A stretch of DNA of 64,000 bases from Carcharhinus longimanus. Lineage: Eukaryota. The position numbers and the translations under genes were made by a program. Where the stretch lies: NCBI GenBank assembly GCA_030264375.1, contig JASCQW010000027.1, positions 70,650,720-70,714,719 on the forward strand. Reading direction: 5' to 3'. The notes under the pieces were generated by a model, which ran no database searches, had not been told where the DNA came from, and was given only the letters and a program-made list of their open reading frames with translations. Shown in pieces: positions 13,151 to 24,639 of the stretch (the stretch's first letter is position 1; every line of letters begins with the position of its first letter).

Positions 13151-13670
13151 TTGCTGACAAGACAATTATTTGAGGGAAATTACTTAATCTGCAATTTACC
13201 CAGTTCAGGACACTGTTGCAGCCCCTTAACAATATCTGATGTTTTTCAGAGTATTAGCCAAATCATAACAGAATCAGATGATGAAAATGAAAGGGGGAAG
13301 AGATTGTCTTAAATTTGCATAATTTGTCGACGTTACTTACTAATACTTAAAAATCCTGCTGATAGATATACTTGATGAGGCGTTTGAGACACAGAATAAC
13401 GGGTTGGCCATTTAGAGCTATCACAGATTTTTTTTACAGCACAAAAGGCCATTTGGCCCATCATGCCTGCACCAGCTTTTTAAATGAGCACTGCATCTTA
13501 GTGCTATTCCTGTCTTTTTCCCCTGCCCCAATATATTGTTAAAGTAAGAAATTACTTCACAAGTGCTGTGTATCTTTGGCATTCTGTTTCCCAGAGGACT
13601 ATGTATGTAACCAAATACATTCAAGGACAAGATTAATAAAAATATTGCTTAATAAAGGAACAAAAGGATA

Positions 13671-14020
13671 TGGTAGCACAGTGGTGAGCACTGCTGCCTC
13701 AGAATACCAGGGACATGGGTCCCATTCCGGCCTTGGGTTACTGTGTATGTGGAGTTTTCCCATTCTCCCCATGTCTGCATGGGTTTCCTCCAGCTGTTCC
13801 AGTTTCTTCAGTCCAAAGATGTGCAGGTTGAGTGGATTGGTCATGCTAAATTGCCATTTAAGTATCTAACACTGTGTAGGTTAGGTGGTTTAGCCATGGT
13901 AAAATGTGTGGGGTAATGGAGATAGGGTGGGGGAAAGAGGGCCCGAGTAAGATACTCAGTCAGATGGTGCAGACTCCATGGACCAAATGGCTTCCTTCTG
14001 CACTGTAGGGTTTATATCAT
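13671..14020 (+). mobile_element. Full-length HE1/V-SINE-type SINE
   Basis: tRNA-like head (tggtagcacagtggtgagcactgctgcctca), V-domain core (gtggagtttt...gggtttcctcc...agtccaaagatgtgcagg) and LINE-like tail. Confidence 0.92.
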
Positions 14021-15378
14021 ATGAGGATATGGTAGGAAAAAGAACAGCCTTTTACTAAAAGGCAGAGAGGCTTGAAGAGACAAATGGTTTGAAATTTTAA
14101 TTGCACATATTTTTAAAAATTTTATCTGCAGGGAGAGAATGGAATCTGTTAAATTTTGTATCAATTGGGCGTTCATTGTTTTTAAAGGGTAGATATTAGA
14201 CAGGAGCAGACTGAAGGACTGTTCCTTGGTTCAAGTGCACAGCTTGTAATGTGTGCCTCTATAAATAAAGCAATGCAAGTGAATTAATATTAGGTTAAGC
14301 ATTCCATCCTTCGCTCCCCAGGGTAACCAAATATCATGGTTTGCTTGCCACTGCCAGCAATTTTGAAAACACAATCTTTTGACTGGTGAATAAATAAAAT
14401 ACTTTCAAAAGTGGCTACCACTAGATAATCAAAGTTGATTGCCTTCAATATTTTAAACTTGTGCATTTAGCAAATTTTGCAGAGTTCTTTCTGCTTTTGC
14501 AAATGTGTTTGAACTCAATAAATCTGTTAATCTCCATGAGATTTCTTTCATTTCAAAGCAGATGCCATCATATCAGCCTTAAGAGTTACAAATGACTTCT
14601 GAAAAGTTGCCTTTTTCTACAATCTGTGGAACTTAATAAAGTACAAAACAACTACTCCTAACAAACATTTTTTTTTAAAAAATCACAATTTTGCAGCTGT
14701 TGAATCAGTTATACAACTTCACATAACGCGTACTTTGTCATAAGATCATGGTACAACTGAAAAATATGTAGCTATCAATGACAATTTCATCCAAATTTAA
14801 TACTTTAATCAATTAAAACGTCTGAAAGAATGCAAGCCGTACAACACCATTCCAAATGATATCATGATAACTTTGGGTCAGGTGTAGAAGGGTTCACCCT
14901 CAGTGGTTTTGGGACTAACTCCCACGTTCTTAAGTTTAAAAAAATACCACCCAACTACCTAAAATTTCTTTCGAAGGGAATTAGAGCCTTTAATTAATGG
15001 TCCAATTTGCTTGTTCTGTCTGGAACTTTAGGCTGTCACAAACTAAATGAAAAAGTTAAAAACAGAGAAATGAGGTTCAGAATTTGCACTGCAATACCAA
15101 ACTCGAGAGGTTTTAAATCTGGGTCATTTTGAAAATTGTTCGTTGGCCTCTTACATTTATGCATTTCATGACGCCACCCAAATTGTCTGACCACTCAATT
15201 AAAAAATTCTCAGATAGCCAAAAAATTAATTCAAATTATCCATGTGAAAATTCTAAATGGGCCAGGTGAATGTGTCAATTTGTATATAGAACTAATAAAT
15301 CAAGGCTTCTTACATTCATGGATCATAACATTAATTGTCGACGGTTAAATACTGCAATTTCTGAATATAACTACTTAC

Positions 15379-15522
15379 ACCCTCAATTTCAACAATGGAA
15401 CGCTAAAGCACCTAATACCCTTTTGCCATTCAATATCTTGTACAACCTACAACACTTGCACACTTAAAACTAAAATGGCCATCATGTTCTTATGAGTGGA
15501 CATCAGTGAAACTCTGTAAAAC
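15379..15522 (-). other. Candidate 144-nt non-coding exon
   Basis: Excellent acceptor tttttgtttttcctttttctctcctttcag|G and donor GGT|gtaagt. Stops in all three frames. Confidence 0.6.
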
Positions 15523-16090
15523 CTGAAAGGAGAGAAAAAGGAAAAACAAAAACATTAATTAAAATGAATTTAGCATAGGAAATAGTTAGAGACAAATTAA
15601 AGCAAATAAAAATAATGTTAAAACCAAGATGTATGAATGAAAATACTTAAGCTAGAAAATATTCCTCCAGGGAAGCAATTCACAAAGATATATTTGTCTA
15701 AAGTGAAAAACATCAGCAAACTGCTATGCAAAGCACTTTGGTTAAATAAGCCTGTTTTATCCTGTCAACGTGGGCACATAAACAGAAACCAAAACCACTG
15801 CTTTAAGCTGTCACTCACAACGTCAAGTCCCATTTGACACCAAGGCCCAACTGAAGTTAATAACTAACCATAAACAGATAATAAAATAACAAACTCAAGC
15901 TTTATATGGCAACTTCAATTCCACTGATGCCCCAATAAATACTGTAAAGTATTAAAAGTGTCAAATTTAAAGTTTCCCATGAAATCTTCGGACCACCAGA
16001 TTCAACTCTCCCTTCTTTTCCAAACTCTAGGTAACATCTTTGGGCTAGTCGTGCAAGCCCACAGCTTCAAAATTAGTGTAATATTGTTAA

Positions 16091-16185
16091 AGCCAATATA
16101 AGGCATGCATTATTGTATTTGCTGCTGAAGCAAATCGGATTGGTCCCTCCACCCCCAGGATGTGACATGCTGTCATCTATAAAGC
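16091..16185 (+). promoter_or_regulatory. Putative Pol II promoter-like motif cluster (CCAAT x2, CACCC, TGACA-n3-TGTCA, TATA)
   Basis: ccaat 16093, attgg 16139, ccacccc 16149, tgacatgctgtca 16163-16175 and tataaa 16178. Motif evidence only. Confidence 0.3.
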
Positions 16186-16353
16186 ATCCCAACCTTTAAG
16201 ATTCATCACAAACAGGATTCCACGACCCAGAATCCACCTAATGCTGCAAAACTGAACTTATCACCAGAGTGGTGAAACGACCATCTTAAACTAACACAAT
16301 ACTGCAGAAGTTCAATGTCAGACTGTATTTTAATGGGCAACTGAAAGGGTCAG

Positions 16354-17289
16354 GCACACTGACTTGAGGTTGCCAGAGAAGAAAAATGCGGAAGGAGTGG
16401 AGTTGTCAAATTTCACCAGAATATCAGGTAAATGCATAAAATGGGCATCATATACAGATATAAAATGTAGCATACATCTCATCACTCAAAAAAAAAATCC
16501 ATTTCAGATTACAACAGTACCTGCCATCTAAAAAGCTAACATGACTCCACAGGGATTCAAAATAGTTTCAGAACAGCACAGGTAAGTTTTTTTTTATAAA
16601 AGAAGAAAAATGTTACATGCTAGCCTAATCTTTTTTAGTACCTCCTCTATTACCATTCATACTGTAGAGTTCATCTCCACTGCTGGGCATTTCAGATACT
16701 GCTAGACTTCAGCTTCTTTAGACTAGAGACACTGATCATTATATCGCTGCCTTCACTCCTCTGATGAGCTACTGTAGAAAAACAAATGGATGAATTATTT
16801 CACACTTAGTAGCATCTCCTAAAAATAAAGCACACTGACATGAGGTTGCCAGAAAAGAAAAATGTCAAGTGTTATAACATTCTTCAATACACTACACCTT
16901 CTGCTATTTGTTCAATCCCCTGAAAAACTTTCAAGTAGCATTTCCAAAAGATAACCACGTACAACACTTACTATCTGGATATTCTGTGGCGGTACCATTT
17001 TTTTCAATTTGCATCCAATCAGTTTCTAACATTTTGCTAGTTAATACAAGGAATTTCACTTATAGCTTGGAAGATGAATATGCTTGCAGAAGGAGTGGAG
17101 TGTCAAATTTCACCAGATTATCAGGTAAATGCATAAAATGGGCAACATATACAGATATAAAATGTAGCATACATCTCATCACTCAAAAAAACAAACATCC
17201 ACTTCAGATTACAACTATACCTGCCATCTAAAAAAGCTAACATGACTCCACAGGAATCCAAAGTAGTTTCAGAACAGCACAGGTAAGTA
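16354..17289. repeat. Local direct duplication (~235 bp): copy A 16354-16587; copy B 16830-16864 plus 17085-17289
   Basis: Both copies share gcacactgac.tgaggttgccaga.aagaaaaatg and gaaggagtggag...gtttcagaacagcacaggtaagt with scattered mismatches. Copy B has about 220 extra bases. Confidence 0.95.
16654..16771 (-). other. Candidate exon lying between the duplicated blocks
   Basis: Acceptor ttgtttttctacag (NAGNAG cag-tag) and donor ATG|gtaata. Contains an ATG opening MPSSGDELYSMN. Confidence 0.4.
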
Positions 17290-17384
17290 TTTTCTTTAAA
17301 CTTTATTAAAATCCAAAACATAGATTAAATGTGGGCTTTGGAGTGTTTGAGGCAATAATACTCAAATGCAACTTCAGATACAAA

Positions 17385-17690
17385 GATGGCTTCCAATGGT
17401 AAAAGGGTCACCCAATATAACAACAAGATACATAGGTCAAAAAGCTTAGGGTTCAACTTTTGGTCTATGATAGCTAACTAATTTCAGTCGGAGCAGAACT
17501 TGAATGCTACAATCAGGCTGGACATCTCTGGACTGGCTGTAAAAGAAAAGTCAGGATCTCTGCTATGAATTGACTTACAACATACTTGCATAACAATGAT
17601 GACTACAGTTTAAAATTCATTGCCAGCAAACCACTTTGGGGCATCCCAAGGATATGATAAGTACTTTATTAATGCAAGTTTGCCTTTCCT
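17385..17690 (+). mobile_element. Old SINE with DeuSINE/SacSINE-type tail
   Basis: Degenerate tRNA-like head; the tail cactttggggcatcc...ttattaatgcaagtttgcctttc is shared with copies near 35.1, 44.0 and 62.0 kb. Confidence 0.6.
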
Positions 17691-18128
17691 TATAGGGAGC
17701 CTTGCAGTGGATGAAGTTCATTAATGACATCCCATTTACATACAATGTATAAAAGTAAAGCTAAGATACAAGAGAATTGCTGGGATTAATGCAATCATTA
17801 GCTGATCAAAGTAAAACACAACAAGGAAGTCACTGAAATATGTTTAAAAGGGGAGAAGAAAAACTAGAAGAAACATCTTCAACTCCAATTGTTTTGTTCT
17901 TGTTTATAATCTCCAAAAAACAAAGCAATCATTTTATTACTATTCTGCAGTATAATGAACAACAATCTACAACACATATCAGCACTGGTTTTGTATTTGT
18001 TAGGTTAATTTACAGAACATTAGTTCTTGCTACTCTGTGTTGTGTACCAAGACTGCCAATCAAAGGCCCAAAAGGTCAGGATGAGGTGCATCCAGGTCAC
18101 CTTTGCGGTGTAGCAAAGGGACACTTAC

Positions 18129-18143
18129 AGGCAGCCTGCTCCC
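18129..18143 (-). other. Candidate 15-nt microexon (GGGAGCAGGCTGCCT)
   Basis: ctttaacctgtctgcttcag|exon|gtaagt. An alternative upstream acceptor would give a 44-nt exon starting at 18172. Confidence 0.4.
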
Positions 18144-19123
18144 CTGAAGCAGACAGGTTAAAGCTGGTGAAGCTACAGAATTCTACATTAAAGCCACGGA
18201 CAATCTCAATAAATATGCACAATTTGTACAAAATAAAGCCAATTGCAATACAAAAAAGCTGCTGACTTTCTGCCACAAAGTCACATTGGTTTAAATCAAG
18301 GCAACAAAACTTAAAATTGCAATTCACAAATCAGTTCTTGATATACTCCTCAATTTCTTCCTCTCCAATAATTGTTGCTTTTTACTGGGTACAACAACAA
18401 AATAATTCATGTGACAACTCATTGTCCATATCAAGAACTTTGCTGTAGCAGTAAATTTACAGAAAATAAAGAATTACAAAAACAGAGAACTGTAGAAGAC
18501 ACAAATATTTCTTAATCTCCACTCCAGATACATGCTGCAACTCAATTACCATGCCTGGATTTCTAATGACACAAAAAAGTCACTTCATTACTCTTCATTG
18601 CAAGTTTAAGTTACTCAAAGATTTTATTTTTTCAGGGTAGATAGGTTAATTCACGTTCTCACACAAAGCCCGAGAGCACTACTTTGATTTCTGCTTGCCT
18701 CAATAAGATATATTCATTTAAATGGCTATTTTTATAGATTAAAAACTGAAACAATGTAACCTCCTTCAGCATAACATAACAAGCTTTTCCCTATTACGAA
18801 GGCACACTGTATGCAGCTCATCTTCAGATACTTTAAAAATAAAATACCCTCAAACATGTGATAATGAGATGATACCTCGTGTGTGCTACTAAGTTGTTCA
18901 TAATGCTGTTTTGTCAGTTGATAACTCAGATTTTTTTTATACAAAAACAGCTGGAGGGAAATTTCAGAAACTCACTCCACAGTAACATACACATGCAAAA
19001 GTTTGCATTAACTTCATAGGCAGGGTTTCAACTTTGAATATTTACATAGAAAGTTTCAATTTCAAATCTTGACAAAGACTTGACCACCGTAAGAGCAGCA
19101 AGTTACATCATACAGATACTCAC

Positions 19124-19378
19124 ACTAACCACAATGTAAATATTGCACACAAAAACATTTCAGTTTAAAAGCAAGTTCACAGCTAAACTTGTGACTAGCA
19201 CAGAAATGTCATCACGATAAAGATGATCACACCATCATATTTCTGGCATCTAAAATGCAGCCAAAGCATTCATGGAGACAGAAGATGAGTCACAAAAAAT
19301 TACACGTCATCTGGGAGAACCCTTTGGATGTAGACAATTTTTGATCATCTGCAGCAGATTTTTACAACATACATAAGC
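19124..19378 (-). other. Candidate exon (acceptor well supported, donor ambiguous)
   Basis: Acceptor ttttctaatttctctctcgagtctag|G. The donor is either gtatgt after only 6 nt (GCTTAT) or gtgagt at 19123. Confidence 0.35.
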
Positions 19379-20344
19379 CTAGACTCGAGAGAGAAATTAG
19401 AAAAGTACGCACAACATATGCTAGCCTTGCTACTCATGCAGGAATGGACATGGCTGATTTATGTACATGCAATAACTAGTTCCCCAATGAATAACATTGT
19501 AGAGCAGTGTAGCACCAGCAGAAACACGTTAGCTGCTGTAATTAAAATCAATGAAGCCAGTGGGTCATTGTATAATGGAAGGCCAAATCATAGCAAATAA
19601 TGTGTTAGAACTTCAAATCTCAATGAAACAAATTCTATAAAGCTAACTAGCTTCATTCCTTTCTTTGAAAGAGTCAGTGTTTTTTCTAAATGAAGTCTGC
19701 ACTATGGGGTGTAGTCCCTCAAGTTGGATTCCTGCTATTGATGGAACAAACTTAATCCTTATACTAATCATATTTGCAGTAAAAGATTCTGGAATTACCA
19801 GTGCAAACTAAGTGGAGCAGATTTTTTTGAAAAATACTAGCCTGAAATATATTTAAATGTCAGTAAAACAAAACAGGTTATTGACATGTTTGCACCATCT
19901 TAAAACATCTTTCACTGCTACATTTAATTATTTTCCCATTGAAACAATTGAGTTAATTCTAGGGATTCTCTCCTCAAAGTCAGTCAAGCCCTGACTCTGG
20001 ATTCAAGCTTCATTGACATTGTACCCTGCAGCATTAGTGTAAGGTTCTCACAACAATTTAAGATAAACTTTATATTTATAAAACAGTGCAACTTAGAGGA
20101 TAGCTTAGACACTTAACTGTATGAAAAATTCCACGCTTTCTGCATGGTGCCGTAGAATACTTTAATTAACTTTTGGAATTGTAGGCCAATATCCCATCCA
20201 TTACTTCAATGGAGTCACATTTATTTTATGTACATTGTTTTACCTGCAGAAATATTTTCTTAATTCCTTGATGTTTTAAAGCTGAGAATTCACAGCACAA
20301 GAGAAGAATGCAGGAATTGTCTTTAGCTGACAGTAATAACCTCT

Positions 20345-21590
20345 GGCAAAAACATCATGGATGCACTGGTGGTCATCTTGCAAGATGCTATAGACTCTGG
20401 GCCAGTTTCTACAGATTAGAGGGTAGCTAATGTAACCCTACCATTTAAAAAGGGAGGCAGAGAGAAAACAGGGAATTGTGAATTATAAGCCTGACATCGT
20501 GGGGAAAATTCTAGAAACCATTATCAAAGTTTTATAGCAAAACACTTCAAAAACAGTGGCAGGATCGGACAGCTTCAGCATGTATTTATGAAAGGAAAGT
20601 CATGCTTGACAGTGCTACTGCAATTCTTCAAAGATGTAACTTGAAGAGTTGATGAGGGGGAGCAAGTGGGTATGGGGTATCTGAACTTTCAGAAGGCTTT
20701 TGACAAAGTCCTACGTAAGAGGTTAGTGTGTAAACTTAAAGCACATGGAACTGGATGCAGTGTTTTGAGATGGATAGAAAACTGGTTGGCAGGTTGAAAA
20801 TAAAGAGGAATAAACAGGTTACTTTTCCAAATGGCAGGCAGTGACTAATGGGGTACTGCAGCAATCAGTGCTGAAACCCCAGCTATTCACTATATTTATA
20901 TATTAATGATTTAGATGAGGGAACCAAATCTAATATCTTCAAATCTGCAGGTGACACAAAGCTGGGTGGGAGGACAAGCTGTGAGGAGGATGCAGAATTC
21001 CTTCAGTGCGACTTGGACAAGTTGAGTGGGAAAATGAATGGCAGATCCAAATAATGTGGGTAAACGTCAGATTGTCCACTTTGGTAGCAAAAAGAGAAAG
21101 GCAGATTACTATCTTGAATGACCATAAATCAAGAGAAGGGAATGTAAATGAGACCTGGGTGCCTTCTTACACCAGTCGCTGAAGGTAAGCATGCAGATGC
21201 AGCATACAGTTAAAAAAGGCAAATGGTATGTTGGCTTTCATACGGAGAGGATTTGAGTATAAGAGCAGCGATGTCCTGTTGAAATTATGTGGAGGTACCA
21301 GCGTTGGACCGCGGTAAACACAGTAAGAAGTCTCACAACATCAGGTTAAAAATCCAGATTTATTTGGCAGCACAAGTTTTCAGAGGAAAGCTCCAAAAGC
21401 TTATGCTGCCAAATAAACCTGTTGGACTTTAACCCGCATTGTGAGACTTCTTACTGTTGCAATTATACAGGGCATTGGTGAAGCCATACTGAAAATATTA
21501 TGTGCAGTTTTGGTCTCCTTATCTCAAGGAGGATGTTCTTGCTCTAGAGGGAATGCAGAAGTGGATTACCAGACTGATTCCTGGGATGCC
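20345..21590 (+). mobile_element. CR1 LINE ORF2 (RT region), decayed, carrying a nested palindromic insertion
   Basis: ANVTLPFKKG, KGKSCLT, YLNFQKAFDKV, AGDTKLGG, RDLG and VQFWSPYLKEDVLALE motifs in order. Confidence 0.93.
21289..21453. mobile_element. Palindromic Penelope-derived non-autonomous element with 13-bp target duplication
   Basis: Inverted arms acagtaagaagtctcacaa...tttatttggcagca and tgctgccaaataaa...ttgtgagacttcttactgt. Flanked by ctgttgaaattat (21276-88) and ctgttgcaattat (21454-66). Confidence 0.8.
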
Positions 21591-21779
21591 AACCGCCACC
21601 CCGGCCCGGCATCCACTCAACAATGTGGGAAAGCAAGAAAAGTGGAATTTGGTCGATTGCACCTTCAGTATACTCTCGACCATCTGCAAAGCGATGAAAG
21701 GCATCATTGACAGAGCTATTAAACATCAACTTATTCAGCAAAAACCTCTTCATGTATGTTCAATTTGGGTTCTATAAGG

Positions 21780-22995
21780 CATTACAGTCCTTTGACCCCC
21801 GATGTTGCGCTGACCTGTGAAACCAATCTAAAGCCCACCTAACCTACACTATTCCAATATCATNNNNNNNNNNNNNNNNNNNNNNNNNNNNNNNNNNNNN
21901 NNNNNNNNNNNNNNNNNNNNNNNNNNNNNNNNNNNNNNNNNNNNNNNNNNNNNNNNNNNNNNNTTGAATGGCGGGGCAGGCTCGAAGGGCCAGATGGCCT
22001 ACTCCTGCTCCTATTTCTTATGTTCTTATGTTCTTAGATCAGTTGGAGAGATGGCAGGTGGAGTTTAATCTGGACAGATGTGAGGTAATGCATTGTGGAA
22101 GGTCTAATACAGAGAGGAAATATACAGCAAATGGCAGAATCCTTAAGAGTATTGATAGGCAGAGGGATCTGGGTGTATAGGTACACACGTCACTGAAAGT
22201 GAAGGTAGTCAAGAAGGCATATGGTATGCTTGCCTTCATTGGCTGGGGTATAGACAAGTCATTTTGCAGCTTTACAGAACTTTTGTTAGACCACAGTTGG
22301 AATATAGTGTTCAATTCTGGTCGCCATACTACCAGAAGGATGTGGAGGCTTTGGCGAGGGTACAAAAAAGATTTACCAGGATGTTGCCTGGTATGGAGGG
22401 TATTAACTATGAGGAGAGGTTGGAGAAAGTTGGTTTGTTCTCATTGGAAAGATGGAAGTTGAGGGGGTCACCTGATAGAAGTCTACAAGATTATAAGAGT
22501 TATCGACGGAGTGGATAATCAGAAGCTTTTTCCCATGGTGGAAGAGTCAATTACTAGGGGGCATAGGTTTAAGGCACGAGGGGCAAGGTTTAAAGGAGAT
22601 GTATGAGGCACAGAGGGTGGTGGATGCCTGGAACCTCCATCTACCGGGAGGGGTCATGGAAGCAGATATGAAGGGGTGCTTGGACAAGTACATGAATAGG
22701 ATAGGAATTGAGGATATAGTCCCTGGAAGGGTACCGGGCTTTAGTTCAGTCAGGCAGTATGGTCGGTGCAGGCTTGGAGGAGCGAAGGGGCTGTTCTTGT
22801 GCTGTAATTTTCTTTGTTCTTTGTATAATTGAGGTATATAGGATGCTAAAGGGGATTGACAGGGTAGACAGAGAGGATGTTTAAAACAGATATGAGGAGG
22901 AATTATTTCACTCAAAGGGTCGAGGGCCTGTGGATGCTGGAACACAAAAACAAGTTTAAAGTGGCGAGTGATAGGTTTTTAATTAGTGGAGGGAT
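21780..22995 (+). mobile_element. Cluster of stacked CR1 3' fragments (includes an N-gap and a short opposite-strand tail)
   Basis: ORFs QLYRTFVRPQLEYSVQFWSPYYQKDVEALARVQKRFTRMLPG and WQVEFNLDRCEVMHCGRSN. Tails ttcttatgttctta (22016-36) and tttctttgttcttt (~22810-22). Confidence 0.92.
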
Positions 22996-23298
22996 TGTTA
23001 TGACAGCCATGAAGGGCATGGGGATAATCAATAGATACCCCTGCGGGCTTCGTAGAGTACGAGCTGCCTTATTGAACAAATGGGAACTCACCCAATGGGA
23101 AGGTTAAAACCTGTTGTTGTAGGTCCTCATTTGAAAATTTGGTGGGAGTGGCCAGCAAGGTAGCTGGTGGGGTCTCCTTGGCTTTCCCACCTGAACAACA
23201 CTCTGATTCTTTCAGACAGTCAGTGCAGTCTCAATGAGCTAAAAATCTCCTCTTTCACTGAGTCTGAACTAAGACATAAAATGTGTGCCTGTATTTTT
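22996..23298 (+). mobile_element. Probable truncated solo LTR
   Basis: Begins tgttatga and interrupts CR1 sequence; no coding motifs. The assignment rests on general resemblance to LTR ends. Confidence 0.35.
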
Positions 23299-23299
23299 A

Positions 23300-24003
23300 G
23301 GAATACTGCCAGAAGACTGGAGGATAGCAAATGTTGTCCTCTTGCTCAAGGAGGGGAGTAGAGCACTATTGCTGTAGACAATGATGACCTAAAGATCAAA
23401 GCCAAAGGGTCTGCAATCTCCTCCCTAACTTCCCAGAGAATTCTAGGATAAATCCCATCGGCCCAGGGGACTTATCTGTTTTCATACTTTACAGAATTGC
23501 TAACACCTCCTCCTTATGATCTTCAATCTCGTCTAGTCCAGTAGCCTGTATCTCAGTATTCTCCTCGACAACATTGTCAGTATTCCCACAGGAAAAAGAC
23601 AAAAAATATTAATTTAACGCCTCTCCTATCTCTTCAGACTCCACGCACAACTTCCCACTACTGTCCTGACTGGCCCTAATCTTATCGCAGTCATTCTTTT
23701 ATTCCTGATATACCTGTAGAAAGCTTTAGGGTTTTCCTTGATCCTACCTGCCAAAGACTTCTCATGTCCCCTCCTGGCTCTTCTTAGCTCTCTCTTTAGA
23801 TCCTTTCTGGCTAACTTGTAATTCTCACATCCTCCTTCCTCTTCACAAGCCATTCCACTTCTTTAGTGAACCATGGTTCCCTTGCTCGACCACTTCCTCC
23901 CTGCATGACGGGTATATACTTATCAAGGACATGCAGTAGCTGTTCCTTGAACAAGCTCCACATTTCACTTGTGCCCATCCCCTGCAGTTTCCTTCCCCAT
24001 CCA
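23300..24003 (-). mobile_element. CR1 ORF2 internal fragment with a short inverted piece
   Basis: The minus strand reads LRRARRGHEKSLAGRIKENPKAFYRYIRNKR and IYPRILWEVREEIADPLALIF. The next element segment, PEDWRIANVV, lies on the plus strand at 23300-23362. Confidence 0.9.
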
Positions 24004-24009
24004 ACTTAG

Positions 24010-24635
24010 TTCCTTACATCATTACAGCTTTGGTGCAAACATGGGAAAATGAGCTGAACCCCTGTAGCGAGGTGAGAGCGACTGCCCTTGACCACCTCCA
24101 ACAAAAAAGAAACTAACCATCTCCCCGTGACTTTCAATTACATTACCATCACTGAATCAACATCCTATGGGTTAACACTGACCAGAAATTGAACTGCATC
24201 AGCCACAAAATTACAGTGGCGACAAGAGTAGATCAGAGGCCGAGAATTCAGTGGTGCATAAGTTGTCAAAACCTTTCCACTATTTACAAGGCACAAGTCG
24301 GGATTGTGGTAAGTATTCACCATTTGCCTGGATGTGCTCTGCCCCAGCAACACAAGAAACCAAGTACCATTCTGGATAAAGCGGTCTGCTTGATTGGCAA
24401 CCCCATTCACTCCCTCTATCACAAGTGTACAGGGATGTTTATCACATATTGCAACATGCCAAGGCTCCTTCAAAAGCATCTCCAAATGCATGACCATCAT
24501 CACCTTGAAGAACAAGGGCAGCACCTGCATGAAAACACAACTGACTGCAAGTTCCCCTCCAAGCTACATACCATCCTGACTTGGAATTGTAGCGCTGTTC
24601 TTTCATTATCACAAAAACTTGGAACTCCCTTCCCA
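24010..24635 (+). mobile_element. Second CR1-clade LINE family, 3' fragment
   Basis: LSTIYKAQV...ILDKAVCLIG (ORF 24189-24692); sequence shared with copies at 29.7-30.1 kb (-) and 52.2-52.7 kb (+). Confidence 0.8.
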
Positions 24636-24639
24636 AGAG

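Noticed and set aside
13671-13740. tRNA-like sequences at SINE heads (also 7783, 37620-37690, 51212, 60277)
   Set aside because: They are SINE A/B-box heads continuing into SINE bodies, not cloverleaf tRNA genes.
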